Shown piece by piece: positions 1 through 10,925 of a stretch of DNA of 20,000 nt. The notes below the pieces were generated by a model. That model saw only the letters and a list, made by a program, of their open reading frames with translations. It had not been told where the DNA came from and did no database searches. Both the position numbers and the translations under genes were made by a program. The stretch's first letter is position 1. Each line of letters begins with the position of its first letter. The stretch is from Chiloscyllium plagiosum (taxonomy: Eukaryota), in contig NC_057749.1 of NCBI RefSeq assembly GCF_004010195.1, positions 17,184,721 through 17,204,720 on the forward strand, read 5' to 3'.

Positions 1-661
1 CCCTAACAACGGTAGGGTAGAAATTGTTGCGAAACTGGCTGGTGTGTATGTTCAAGCCTTTGTACCATCTCTCCGATGGTAGAGGTTGCCAAGGTGGGAT
101 GGATCTTTGAGAATGCTGGCAGCCTTTCCTTGACGGCGGGCCTGGTAGATGGATTGTATAGATGGGAGGTTGGCTTTCGTTATTGTCCGGGCCGAGTTCA
201 CCACTTCTGTAATCGTCTCCGATCTTGAGTGGTACAGTTGCCATACCAGGTAGTGGTACATCCAGACAGAATGCTCTTGATAGCGAACCTGTAAAAGTTG
301 GCAAGGGTATTCGTCGTCATGCCAAATTTCCTCAGCTCCCTGAGGAAGAAGAACATTGTTGACCCTTTGTAACCAGTGCGTCCACGTGAAGAGTCCAAAA
401 AACGTTGTTGTGGATGATCACTCCCAGGAGCTTGAAACTCTCCACTTGTTCCACCTCTGTGCTGTTAATGTGTAGGGAGAGCATGAGTAACATCACGCCG
501 AAAGTCAATAATGAGTTCCTTGGTGTTGCCGACATTGAGAGCTAGGTTGTTCTCCAGGTCTTCCACCTCTCATTTATAGTCTGTTTCATTGTCATTTGAG
601 ATTCGATCGATGATGGTGGTGTCATCAGCGAACCTGTAGATGGCATTAGTCTGGTATTTGG
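1..661 (-). mobile_element. Rex1/Babar-type LINE, 5'-truncated RT C-terminal fragment, frameshifted; runs off the left edge
   Basis: Minus-strand pieces read KYQTNAIYRFADDTTIIDRISNDNETDY (FADD motif), EVEQVESFKLLGV, FFLRELRKFGM...FYRFAIKSILSGCTTTWYGNC, ILKDPSH and QPLPSERWYKGLNIHTSQFRNNFYPTVVR. This is the typical Rex1/Babar C-terminus. Confidence 0.85.
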
Positions 662-929
662 TAGGAAGTTTCTCATTAATGTCATTATGCCATACTTCAA
701 GGAGATCCTTCAAAGTGTCTTGGAAATATTTTCTTTGTTTTTTTTCCCACAAGTCCACTGGGCATGAATTAATCAAACTTAGTTCATGCAGACTAGAAAG
801 TGTCACAATGACTTTAGCTTAGAAACAATTTGATTTTTTTAGGAGACATACAGAAAAAAGTTTACAAGCTTGATCCTATATCAACAACTAGTTAGGTATT
901 CTTGCCTTGAACAGTGTTAACACCACTGT

Positions 930-1440
930 TTGGTATCAGTTTTCTTAGTCCCAAGAGGAGGATTTTAAGCAATTGTTCAATATGCTGAGTCTGATTATGT
1001 TATGTATTTCTAAAAGTTTTGTTATTACCTTTAGTTTGTTTGGAATGCCATTTGTATTTTCCACAACGAAAGTGATGGCAATGTACTTATTCAACCCAAG
1101 CCCATTTCTAGGCTTCACATTCATCTTTCCCATCAGGCTGATTACCACTTTGGCCCTTCTCTTCCTTTTTATATATTTAAGGTAGCTCTCACTGACTTTT
1201 TATGTTACTTGCTAATTTGTTTTCTCAAAGTTCATTTTCCCCTCTTCATTTGTTTTTTGCACAATTTTTGTTTATTTTTAAAACTTTCCCAATACTCTGG
1301 GTTTACCACAAATAATGCTATGCTGTTTTTTTTTTGTTTCTCAATTTAATGCTGTCTTTAATGTCCTTGGTTGGTCATGGTTGTTTTATCCCTTTCCTAG
1401 AATCCTTCTTCACTCAGATATATCTTTGTTGAGAGTCATA
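930..1440 (-). mobile_element. Old, highly decayed CR1 LINE ORF2 remnant (left part, interrupted by the L1)
   Basis: Minus strand gives LNKYIAITFVVENTNGIP (CR1 LNxYFASVFTVED-like) and KYIKRKRRAKV-like sequence near 1140-1180. It parallels the better-preserved CR1 at 11842-12327. Confidence 0.65.
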
Positions 1441-1487
1441 ATTAGTCATTTTGCATCAAACTTGAACAACTTGGTGTTGTTCTTAAA

Positions 1488-2284
1488 ATGGCTAAGGGCA
1501 AAAATTCCCGCAGTTTGCAACAGACAGGGACCCCTCCCCCACTCCCTCCAGCAGCAGTGGAGACGCCCGTGGCCGCCTCAGGGGACTTACCTGCGGAGGC
1601 GAGCCTGATCTCCAGGATCAACAAGCTGCAGGAGAAGATCGATGCCTTCATTGAAGAATCCAGGACCAGGTGGGAGTTGTTGAAAACCTTGAACAGCGCG
1701 ACAGAGGGGCAGAGCAAAAGGCCGCGGCCTTGGAGACTCCTGCTGAGTCAACCGTGGGCCAGATCCAGGCTCTCGAGCAGTGAATCTGGACCGTGGAAGA
1801 GCACATTGGTGACCTCGACAATCGGGGCTGTCGAAAAAATATTCGGTTGCTGGGCCTTCCCGAACATGAAGAGGAAGGCCACCCTGTAGACTTTCTGAAG
1901 CAATGGCTCCCTCAAATATTAAAGTTGGAGTCTGGATCAGGCCAGGTACAGGTGCAGGCCTGGGTCAGACCAGTGCCCCCGCCCAGTTCTGTTCTGGCTC
2001 CAATGTTATAGAGAGAAGCAGATGTTCCTGGAAGCCTCAAAGTCCTGGGGAAGGATCCTCAGGCCATGGTGCACAAGGATTCCAGAATTATGTTATTCCA
2101 GGAATTTTCTCCAGACGTGGTCTGCAAGAGGAGGGCATTCGATGAGGCGAAAAAGTGTCTAAGAGACCTAAATATCCAACACACTATGTGTTACCCAGCA
2201 ATGCTGCGCTTCAGCTTCGAAGGATCCATATATAACTTTGGATCACCGGAGAAGGCTAAAGAATTCTTGGACTCTAGACTGTGA
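1488..2284 (+). pseudogene. L1 ORF1p (coiled-coil, RRM, CTD; Transposase_22-like), frameshifted
   Basis: MAKGKNSR... start; DLDNRGCRKNIRLLGLPE (ENRxRRxNIRIxGLPE motif); RIMLFQEFSPDVVCKRRAF...YPAMLRFSFEGSIYNFGSPEKAKEFL. Split over three frames. Confidence 0.9.
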
Positions 2285-5200
2285 GACTTAAACCGTATGG
2301 ATGACGATTTTATTTTGCTGCCCCCCCCCCCCCCACCAAACCTGGTTTACCCTTTTTTCCTTTTTCATCTTTTTTTCATTACCTTCCCTCATTACCTTCC
2401 CCCCTCCCCACCCCCCGGGCTTATTTGTTATTTGCTATGTGATTTTTATTTTACAGGTCGTGCGGCTTATTCGATTTGTGTGGGAGAGGGGTTTGTTTTG
2501 TTCTACCTTTTTACTAGAGCAGGGTTTTCTTCTTTCATTTTACTTAGTTTTCTAATAATTGCTAGCATTGTAACTTTGTAGTTTTATATATTTATATTTT
2601 GTATTATGCTTGCTAAATACACCTAGGTGTGGGTGGGGGGGTGGTTGGGTCACTCACTTTTAATTTTGGTTTCATAGAGCACTCGAATTTGTCTACTCTA
2701 TTTTATACTGCCTGGGTCGAGGGTGGGACACTAGTTAGGAGAGCTTACAGTAAGGTTATTGACAGGTAGTTAGTTACTCCTCCTGGGAGCAAGGGGGAAA
2801 ATCACCTTTCAAATGTGTTTTGTATTGTTTTCTTCACTTAGGAATAGTTTTTAGTTGTGTTGGTGTAAATGTCTTACAGAAGTTTTGCTTTTGTGAGTTT
2901 TCCATGGTCTTTATTCAAGGTGTTTTGGATGGGGTTCTTCCTCCTGGGGGAATCTCGGGCTTGCCTGGATGATCATGACTAGCCATTTGCTTAGGTGGGG
3001 CACCTGAAATGTCAAGGGAAGTAATTCACCAATCAAAAAGATTGGTGAATTATCAAACGTCAAAAAAGAAAGGGTTGATATAGCTCTCTTACAAGAGACA
3101 CATCTACTTGACAAAGAACACTTAAAATTACAACAGGGTGGGTTTGACCAGGCTTTTTTCTCATCTTTTAGTTCAGAAAGTAGGGGAGTAGTCATTCTCA
3201 TTTGGAAGAATCTTCCTTTCAAAATCTTAAGCCAAATAAAGGTGAGTCTGGACGGTATATACTGATCAAAGCCCTAATATACGGAATTTTGAAACTTTAT
3301 TGCCCCCCGGCACACCCCTTCAAATTTGTAGCGGAAGCGTTCTCTAAGTTGATGGTTTTTTGGGGCCCGCCATACAATTATAGGAGGAGATTTTAATTGT
3401 ATTATGAACTCAGAGACAGATAGGATACCTAAGAGTACTGTGGGTATATCTCTCAGATCTAGACAATTGGAGGATCTGAATAAGGAGCTAGGGCTAGTAG
3501 ATGTGTGGAGATGTCTTCACCCCCAGGGCAGAGACTTTACTTTCTACTCAAATCCACGCAAGTGTCATACTAGAACTGATATGTTCTTTGCTCCCTCGAC
3601 CCTTTTGAATTCCATATTGTCCTGCAAAATAGGTAATATAGCAATCTCTGATCATGCCGCAGTATATATGAAAGTTAAGACTAGGGACGATGGGACAGGC
3701 CCCCGCCATTGGCATATGGATAGCAAATTTATAAAATATTTTTCTCAGGAACTCAAAACCTTTTTGGAAATAATTCAGGCACGGCCAGTAACCCATAGAT
3801 GATGTGGGAGTCCATTAAGGCTTATGCGCGAGGTTTGATCATCTCATAGTCTGTGACCCAGAAAAGACAAAAGGGAGAACAACAGTGCCTGCTCGAGGCT
3901 TGCTTGAAGGCCGCTGAGACAGCGTATGTTGATAGGTCCTCCGTTACTAAGCTACAAAGGATCACAGCCCTTAGGACAGCCTTGAATATCGCACTTACAC
4001 AAACAGCAAAGAGGGAAATATTATTTGCAAAGCAAAGATTATATGAATATGGTGACAAGCCTGGCAGTTACCTAGCATACCTTGCTAGGAAAAAAAAAGG
4101 CTCCTCAAGCTATCACTTCCATTAGGGAACGTGCTGGTACTCTGACTTGTGATTGTAAAAGGATCAATACAGTCTTTAGAAAGTTCTATTTTGAACTGTA
4201 TAAATCGCAGGACTGTGAGGATAGAACTAAGAAGATGGAGTCCTTCTTCAAAAACTTGGCCTTTCCAGATCTAACCTTGGAACAGGTGTCTTTCCTGAAT
4301 GCTTCCCCTGACAACCTAGGAAGTATTCAATGCAATTAGACAGCTTCAGAGTGGCAAAGCACCTGGACCAGATGGATTCCAGGTTGAGTTTTACAAAGAA
4401 TTTATAGGGGGACTGGCTAGTCCACTTATAAACATGTATAATCGCTCACATAGTCAGGACTGCCTCCCGCCTTCGTTGAGAGAAGCAAATATTTCTCTCA
4501 CTCTTAAAAAAGGGAAGGTCCCAGAAGATTGTTCAAAATATAGACCAATATCCTTGCTAAATGTAGATTTTAAAATCCTTTCTAAAACATTAGCATTAAA
4601 ATTGGAGAATGTCTTACCATATATCATAAAAGTGGACCGGACGGGGTTTATCAAGGGCCATAGATAAACTAACAATATTAGAAGGGTCTTAAATATGAAA
4701 CAAGCCTGTCAACAGGGAAGAATACCAGGGCTAGTTGTCTCCTTGGATGCAGAGAAGGCATTTGATTGGGTAGAGTGTTCATAGCTTTTTTACACATTGG
4801 AAAGGTTCGGTATTGGAGAGGTATTTTCTAAATGGGTCTCAATATGATACAATGACCCCAAAGCAGCTGTGATCACCAATGGTTTCGGCTTGGATAGCTT
4901 CAGTGTTGGTAGGGGCTGTCGTCGGGGATGTCCTCTCTGTGTTACTATTCACTTTAGTAATCGAACCACTAGCTGAAGCTATATGAACCTACTCTAACAT
5001 AGCGGCTCCAAGAGTTGGTTCGGGTAAATATAAATCACTCTCTATGCAGGTGATGTCCTCCTTTTCTTAAGTAATCCTTTGATATCCATGCCCTGCTTAA
5101 TTCAAGTTGTCAATCTGTTTAGTATGTTCTCAGGCTATAAAATCAATTTTATGAAATTGGAGACCATGCCGTTGGGTAGTCTCGTCAATATATCCAATTT

Positions 5201-5791
5201 ATCGGATGGATCTTGTTTTCTCTTTCTGTGGTCACTGGAGGGTTTTCTATACTTAGGTATTTTTATCACCCCAGTATTTGGTCAGCTGTATAAAGCCAAT
5301 TTTGTACACCTATTAGAGAAAATAAGGCAGGACCTTCAACACTGGGAAGATCTCCCAACATCTTGGTTAGGCAGAGTAGCTCTAGTTAAAATTAATATTC
5401 TGCCTGGTCTCCTATATCCTATAAGAATGCTCCCTCTGATGTTGCCGAGACTGGCGTTGCGTAAGCTATACGGCTGGCTTGGTTCCTTTATTTGGAATCA
5501 TAGACGGCCTCTAATCAAATTTGAAAAGCTGCAGCTTCTAACAAGTACTGGATTTTCTAGACTTCAGGAAGTATCAGTTGAGCTCTTTATTATGCTATAT
5601 AGCTGATTGGGTCTCTTGTGACCCTCAATCAATTTGGCTAGACATTGAGACCTCCCAAGCAAAATGTCCCCTCATCAATCTTTTATTTTTAGATAAGATG
5701 AGAGCTATTGCAAAAACAATTAAAATTGCAAATACAATTAAAGCCTGGAGGATAATGTGGCAAGATGAGGGTAACCTACAAAAAACCTCTC

Positions 5792-6359
5792 GACTACTGC
5801 GACCCCTAGGACTCATAACGGCACACAAACCAACAGCCACGCTCCGACAACAACTGACCAGAACGAAGGACCCGATACCCAACATGAGCAAGACGAATGT
5901 AGTGTACAAAATACCATGCAAGGACTGCACTAAACACTATATAGGACAAACAGGAAGACAGCTAACAATCCGCATACATGAACATCAACTAGCCACGAAA
6001 CGACACGACCAGCTATCCTTAGTAGCCACACATGCAGACAACAAGCAACATGAATTCGACTGGGACAACACTACTATCATAGGGCAAGCCAGACAGAGAA
6101 CAGCCAGGGAATTCCTAGAGGCATGGCATTCATCCACAAACTCCATCAACAAACACATCGACCTGGACCCAATATACCAACCACTACAGCGGACAGCTGA
6201 AACTGGCAACCGGAAGCGGCAGGGACAGACCACTATAAACACCGGAGGAAACATCAAAGAAGCGCTTCGCAGGAGGCTCCCAAGCACTGATGATGTCGCC
6301 TAGCCAGGGGACGAAACGTTTGCAACAAAAACTTCCAGCTCGGCGAACAGAACTACAAC
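5792..6359 (+). mobile_element. Penelope-like element, 5'-truncated: GIY-YIG endonuclease domain plus pLTR, with 8-bp TSD AACCTCTC
   Basis: Uninterrupted NVVYKIPCKDCTKHYIGQTGRQLTIRIHEH...REFLEAWHS..SINKHIDLDPIY. AACCTCTC occurs at 5784-5791 and 6360-6367. Excising the insert restores the L1 frame (NLQKTSPYTPIVGASGFQPG). Confidence 0.93.
6284..6323 (+). ncRNA. Minimal type I hammerhead ribozyme motif in the PLE pLTR, core apparently intact
   Basis: GCA-CTGATGA-T-GTC(GCCTAGCCAGGG)GAC-GAAA-CG-TT-TGC. Helix I GCA/TGC, helix II GTC/GAC plus CCT/AGG, palindromic AACGTT in place of helix III. Predicted cleavage after GUU (6320). Confidence 0.82.
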
Positions 6360-7374
6360 AACCTCTCCTTATACTCCTATAGTGGGAGCATCAGGTTTTC
6401 AGCCAGGGCTGACAGATGCTGCATTTAAAACCTGGAGGTCCAGAGGTATCTCCTGCTTGGGGGACATGTTCGATAGGGAGATTATGATGTCTTTTGAGCA
6501 GTTGCATCAGAAGTTTGGACTGCCTAATGGAGATCTTTTTCGGTATTTCCAAATATGAGATTATATACAGAAGAAGACCACATTATTAGACAGTCCCTAC
6601 AAATCGGATAGGGAAAGAAGAGTGCTATGGCCAATGGGGCCACCCTTGGTCAGTACTCTTTATCACTTATTATATAATGAGGTATCAAAAGACATGGAAC
6701 GACTGTTTAAAACATAGAACCAAGAATTGGGGTTAGAAATCTCGTTAGAAATGTGGGAGGGCATCTGGGAAAATGCCAGAAAGATCTCTATTTGTAATAG
6801 ATCTCAAGCTATTCAATTAAAGATACTCCATAGGGCTCATATAGCACCTGAACGACTGACAAGATTTAAGGTAGGAACATCCCCAATGTATCCTAAATGC
6901 AAAATAGAAGTGGGCACTCTCACGCACTGTCTATGAACATGTCACAAGATCTGAAGGTACTGGGACAGGGTAGCGAATGCTCTGACAGAGATCTTGGGAA
7001 CGGAGATTAGATTGGATCCAGTGTCTCCTCTTCTGGGCTTTTCAAATTTCCCCCCCACCCATCCCGGATGTGCACGGGAGGAAATTATTTTCCATTCTCT
7101 CCTTTTGTGCAAGGAAATATATCTTAGTGAATTGGGTAGCTGAAGGCCCTCGAATTGGCACAGGTTAATCATGGAATATATCCTCCTTGACTTCCTCACA
7201 AATATGGTGCACCAAAAAACTGAATTATTCCATAAAATATGGCAGCCCTTTCTGAACTATATCGACACCGATATTTCAGCCATACTGTCAAGGGCTTTTT
7301 GTCTGGCTGTGGTAGTGGTTCTGGCTGGTTTGGGGCCCCTGGGAGGAGGAGTCCCATATAAATACAGGTTTTAT

Positions 7375-7522
7375 TATGACTTGATGTTAATTCATTTTGA
7401 GTATGTACTTATTTAATTATTCCGTTATTTTTCGCAAGTAATGTATGATATGACTTGATGTTAATTCATTTTGAGTATGTACTTATTTAATTATTCCGTT
7501 ATTTTTCGCAAGTAATGTATGA
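7375..7522. repeat. Tandem duplication, 2 x 74 bp, in the L1 3' UTR
   Basis: TATGACTTGATGTTAATTC...CGCAAGTAATGTATGA at 7375-7448 and 7449-7522; the copies look identical by eye. Confidence 0.95.
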
Positions 7523-7633
7523 TATCCTATTTTACGTTTTGGTTGTTTGTAGGATAGATTAGTAGTTAGTTGGATTTTTTTCCTTTTTTTGGTGTTTTGG
7601 TTATTATTTATTTTTTTTTCTCATTTATTTAAT

Positions 7634-7896
7634 TGTATATTAGTGTTTATACTTGTTTGTATTACTTCATAATTTTGTGAAAAAAAGTTTTTTTAAAGAT
7701 TTCCTTTTTTTCCATTAAAGTACCTATTAAAACAGCATCTTCTCAATTGTCTTTTCTCTAATCTCTGTATATTAGTGTTTATACTTGTTTGTATTACTTC
7801 GTAATTTTGTGAAAAAAAGTTTTTTAAAGATTTCCTTTTTTTCCATTAAAGTACCTATTAAAACAGCATCTTCTCAATTGTCTTTTCTCTAATCTC
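7634..7896. repeat. Tandem duplication, 132/131 bp, spanning the L1 3' end and flank
   Basis: TGTATATTAGTG...CTCTAATCTC at 7634-7765 and 7766-7896. The copies differ by one substitution (cttcat/cttcgt) and one T in a homopolymer. Confidence 0.95.
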
Positions 7897-8030
7897 CTCT
7901 TTCAGTCCATTCTAGCCAGCTTTGCCCTCATCCCTATGAAATTACGTTTATTTAAGTTTAGCACAGTTTTCTCACACTCCACATGAACGTGAAGTTCTCA
8001 AATATTGCGGTTACTGTTGTCTTACTCTGA
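7864..8030 (-). mobile_element. Old CR1 remnant (right part, continuation of 930-1440)
   Basis: ...aatctcctctttcagtccattctagccagctttgccctcatccctatgaaattacgtttatttaagtttagcacag resembles the antisense CR1 region just after the endonuclease domain (VLNLNKxNF.GMRAKLARMDW). Confidence 0.6.
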
Positions 8031-8146
8031 AATAATTGGTATTGATAAATAAAGACCCTCCAAGGTGATTTTTAATCACTAATATCAAGACGAAAAGCTA
8101 TATTTTAAAATGTCTTCAATTTCACTTCGTTTTTCAGTATAGAAAA

Positions 8147-9215
8147 GATATTTTTCATCAGTATTCACACAGGAAAAAGACACTTGTCGAGGAGAACACT
8201 GAGATATAGGCTATTAGACTAGATGGGATCGAAGTTCATAAGGTGTTAGCAATTCTGGAAAATGTGAAAATAGGTAAATCCCATGGGCCGGATGGGATTT
8301 ATCCTAAAATTCTCTGGGCATCTACAGAGGAGCTTGCAGAGCCTTTGGCTTTGATCTTTATGTTGTCATTGTCTACAGGAACAGTGCCAGAAGACTGGAG
8401 GATAGCAAATGTTGTTCCCTTGTTCCAGAAAGGGAGTAAGGACAACCCTGGTAGTTATTGACCAGGGAGCCATACTTGGTTGTGGGCAAAGTTTTGGAAA
8501 GGCTTATAAGAGGATTTATAATCATCTAGGAATAATTTGATTAGGGATATTCAGCATGGTTTTGTGAAGGGCAGGTGGTGCCTCACAAACCTTTATTGAG
8601 TTATTTGAGATGGTGACCAAACAGGTGGATGAGAGTGATGTATGTATGGATTTCAGTAAAGTTCTTGATAAGGTATACCATGGTAGGCTATTGTAGAAAA
8701 TACAGATGCATGGGATTGAGGGTGATTTAGTGGTTTGGATCAGAAATTGGCTAGCTGAAAGAAGACAGAGGGTGGTGGTTGATGGGAAATGTTCATCCTG
8801 GAGTTCAACTACTAGTGGTGTAGCAACAATGACCTGTTTTTGGGCTACTGCTGTTTGTCAGTTTTATAAATGACCTGGATGTGGGCGTAGAAGGATGGGT
8901 TAGTGAATTTGCAGATGACATTAAGATCAGTGGAGTTTTGGACATTGTGGAAGAATGTTGCAAGTTACAGAGGAACATAGATAAGCTGCAAAGCTGGACT
9001 GAGAGGTGGCAAATGGGGTTTAATGTGGAAAAGTGTGAGGTGATTCACTTTGGAAGGAGTAACAGGAATGCAGTGTACTGGGCTAATGTTAAGATTCTTG
9101 GTAATGTGGATGAGCAGAGAGATCTGAGTCCATGTGCATAGATCCCTGAAAGTTGCCACCCAGGTTGGTAGGGTTGTTAAGAAGGCGTACGATATGTTCA
9201 GTTTTATTGGTAGAG
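8147..9215 (+). mobile_element. CR1 LINE copy A, 5' portion of RT region, decayed
   Basis: FSSVFTQEK, KSHGPDGIYPKIL, VPEDWRIANVVPLFQKG, QHGFVKGR, EFADDIKI, WQMGFNVEKCEVIHFG. Confidence 0.9.
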
Positions 9216-9793
9216 TCAGTTTTATTGATAGAGATGTACAGCATGGAAACCGACCCTTTGGTCCAACTTGACCATGCCGACCAGAGATCCCAGCTCAATC
9301 TAGTCCAACCTGCCAATACCCGGCCCATATCCCTCCAAACCCTTCCTATTCATATACTCATCCAGATGCCTTTTAAATGCTGCAATTGTAGTAGCCTCCA
9401 CCACTTCCTCTGGCTGCTCATTCCATATACGTACCACCCTCTGCGTGAAAATGTTGCCCCTTAGGTCCCTTTTATATCTTTCCCCTTTCACCCTAAACCT
9501 ATGCCCAGTAGTTCTGAACTCCCGCACCCTAGGGAAGAGATTTTGTCCATGCCGTTCATGATTTTATAAGCCTTTTAGGTCACCTCTCAACCTCTGACAC
9601 TCCAGGGAAAACAGCCCCAGCCTATTCAACCTCTCCCTGTAACTGAAATTCTCTAACCCTGACAACATCCTTGTCAATATTTTCTGAACTCTTCCAAGTT
9701 TCACAACATCCTTCTGATAGGAAGGAGACCAGAATTGCATGGAATATTCCAAAAGTGGCCTAACCAATGTTATGTACAACCGCAACATGACCT
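9216..9793 (-). mobile_element. CR1 LINE copy B, 3' end with (CTCTATGA)-type tail, nested in copy A
   Basis: LYITLVRPLLEYSMQFWSP, SYRERLNRLGLFSLE, RTTGHRFRVKGERYKRDLRGNIFTQRVVRIWN. Closely matches the reverse complement of 18166-18820. Confidence 0.92.
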
Positions 9794-10925
9794 GAGGTTT
9801 CTAAACATGAGGTTTCTAAATTCTTGGAAGAGGAGAGTCGGATTAGAACAAGTCAACATGGATTTAGTAAGTGGAGGTCGTGCCTGACAAACCTGTTGGA
9901 ATTCTTTGAAGAGGTGACAAGTAGGTTAGACCTGGGAAACCCAGTGGATGTGGTCTATCTAGACTTCCAAAAGGCCTTTGATAAGGTGCCACACGGGAGG
10001 CTGCTGAGCAAGGTGAGGACCCATGGTGTTCGAGGTGAGCTACTGGTATGGATTGAGGATTGGCTGTCTGACAGAAGGCAGAGAGTTGGGAATAAAAGGT
10101 TCTTTTTCGGAATGGCAGCCAGTGACAAGCGGNNNNNNNNNNNNNNNNNNNNNNNNNNNNNNNNNNNNNNNNNNNNNNNNNNNNNNNNNNNNNNNNNNNN
10201 NNNNNNNNNNNNNNNNNNNNNNNNNNNNNNNNNNNNNNNNNNNNNNNNNNNNNNNNNNNNNNNNNNNNNNNNNNNNNNNNNNNNNNNNNNNNNNNNNNNN
10301 NNNNNNNNNNNNNNNNNNNNNNNNNNNNNNNNNNNNNNNNNNNNNNNNNNNNNNNNNNNNNNNNNNNNNNNNNNNNNNNNNNNNNNNNNNNNNNNNNNNN
10401 NNNNNNNNNNNNNNNNNNNNNNNNNNNNNNNNNNNNNNNNNNNNNNNNNNNNNNNNNNNNNNNNNNNNNNNNNNNNNNNNNNNNNNNNNNNNNNNNNNNN
10501 NNNNNNNNNNNNNNNNNNNNNNNNNNNNNNNNNNNNNNNNNNNNNNNNNNNNNNNNNNNNNNNNNNNNNNNNNNNNNNNNNNNNNNNNNNNNNNNNNNNN
10601 NNNNNCTGTTAGGCGAGGAGACTAGGACCCATGGACACAGCCTTAGAATTAGAGGGGGTAAATTCAGAACAGAAATGTGGAGACATTTCTTCAGCCAGAG
10701 AGTGGTGGGCCTGTGGAATTCATTGCCGCAGAGTGCAGTGGAGGCCAGGATGCCAAATGTCTTCAAGGCAGAGATTGATAAATTCTTGATGTCACAAGGA
10801 ATTAAGGGCTACGGGGAGAATTCCGGTAAGTGGAGTTGAAATGCCCATCAGCTATGATTGAATGGTAGAGTGGACTCGATGGGCCGAATGGCCTTACTTC
10901 CACTCCTATGTCTTATGGTCTTATG
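9794..10925 (+). mobile_element. CR1 LINE copy C (different subfamily), 5'-truncated, nested in copy B, spans the N gap
   Basis: SQHGFSKWRSCLTNLLEFFEEVT, VYLDFQKAFDKVPH before the gap. ETRTHGHSLRIRG...FFSQRVVGLWNSLP and a TCTTATGG-repeat tail after it. GACCT is duplicated at 9789-9793 and 10926-10930. Confidence 0.88.
10133..10605. other. Assembly gap (473 N)
   Basis: Run of N; ORFs crossing it are artefacts. Confidence 1.

Larger units (their letters stand above)
2975..7305 (+). pseudogene. L1 ORF2p (APE endonuclease, reverse transcriptase, CCHC knuckle), many stops and frameshifts, interrupted by a PLE insertion
   Basis: Endonuclease: T*NVKG (WNVKG with TGG>TGA), LQETHL, GGDFN, DVWR, FTFYS, SDH. 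RT: KAPGPDG, YRPISLLNVDFKIL, LDAEKAFD, GCRRGCPL, LYAGDVL (YADD mutated), YLGI. C-terminus: YPKC-x8-HCL*TC. Confidence 0.92.
1441..7732 (+). mobile_element. Near full-length L1-clade LINE, inactive (ORF1, ~690 bp inter-ORF spacer, ORF2, T-rich 3' UTR)
   Basis: Collinear ORF1, APE endonuclease, RT and C-terminal zinc-knuckle remnants. ATTAAA at 7714-7719 precedes a short A run ending at 7732. Both ends are approximate and no clear TSD was found. Confidence 0.92.

Noticed and set aside
662..929. Possible further extension of the old CR1 remnant
   Set aside because: Only faint motif echoes (YFQDTLKD, VLTLFK); too decayed to support.
2297..2581. Hydrophobic or proline-rich small membrane protein ORFs
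   Set aside because: By-products of the T-rich and poly-C L1 spacer.
5578..6303. Stand-alone GIY-YIG or homing endonuclease gene
   Set aside because: It is the 3' part of a PLE bounded by a TSD inside dead L1 ORF2, with no ATG start and no RT.
7375..7896. CRISPR-like repeat array
   Set aside because: Simple head-to-tail duplications with no spacers, no cas genes and a eukaryotic context.
9824..10766. Long ORFs of 200-300 aa
   Set aside because: They are open only because they cross the 473-N gap.
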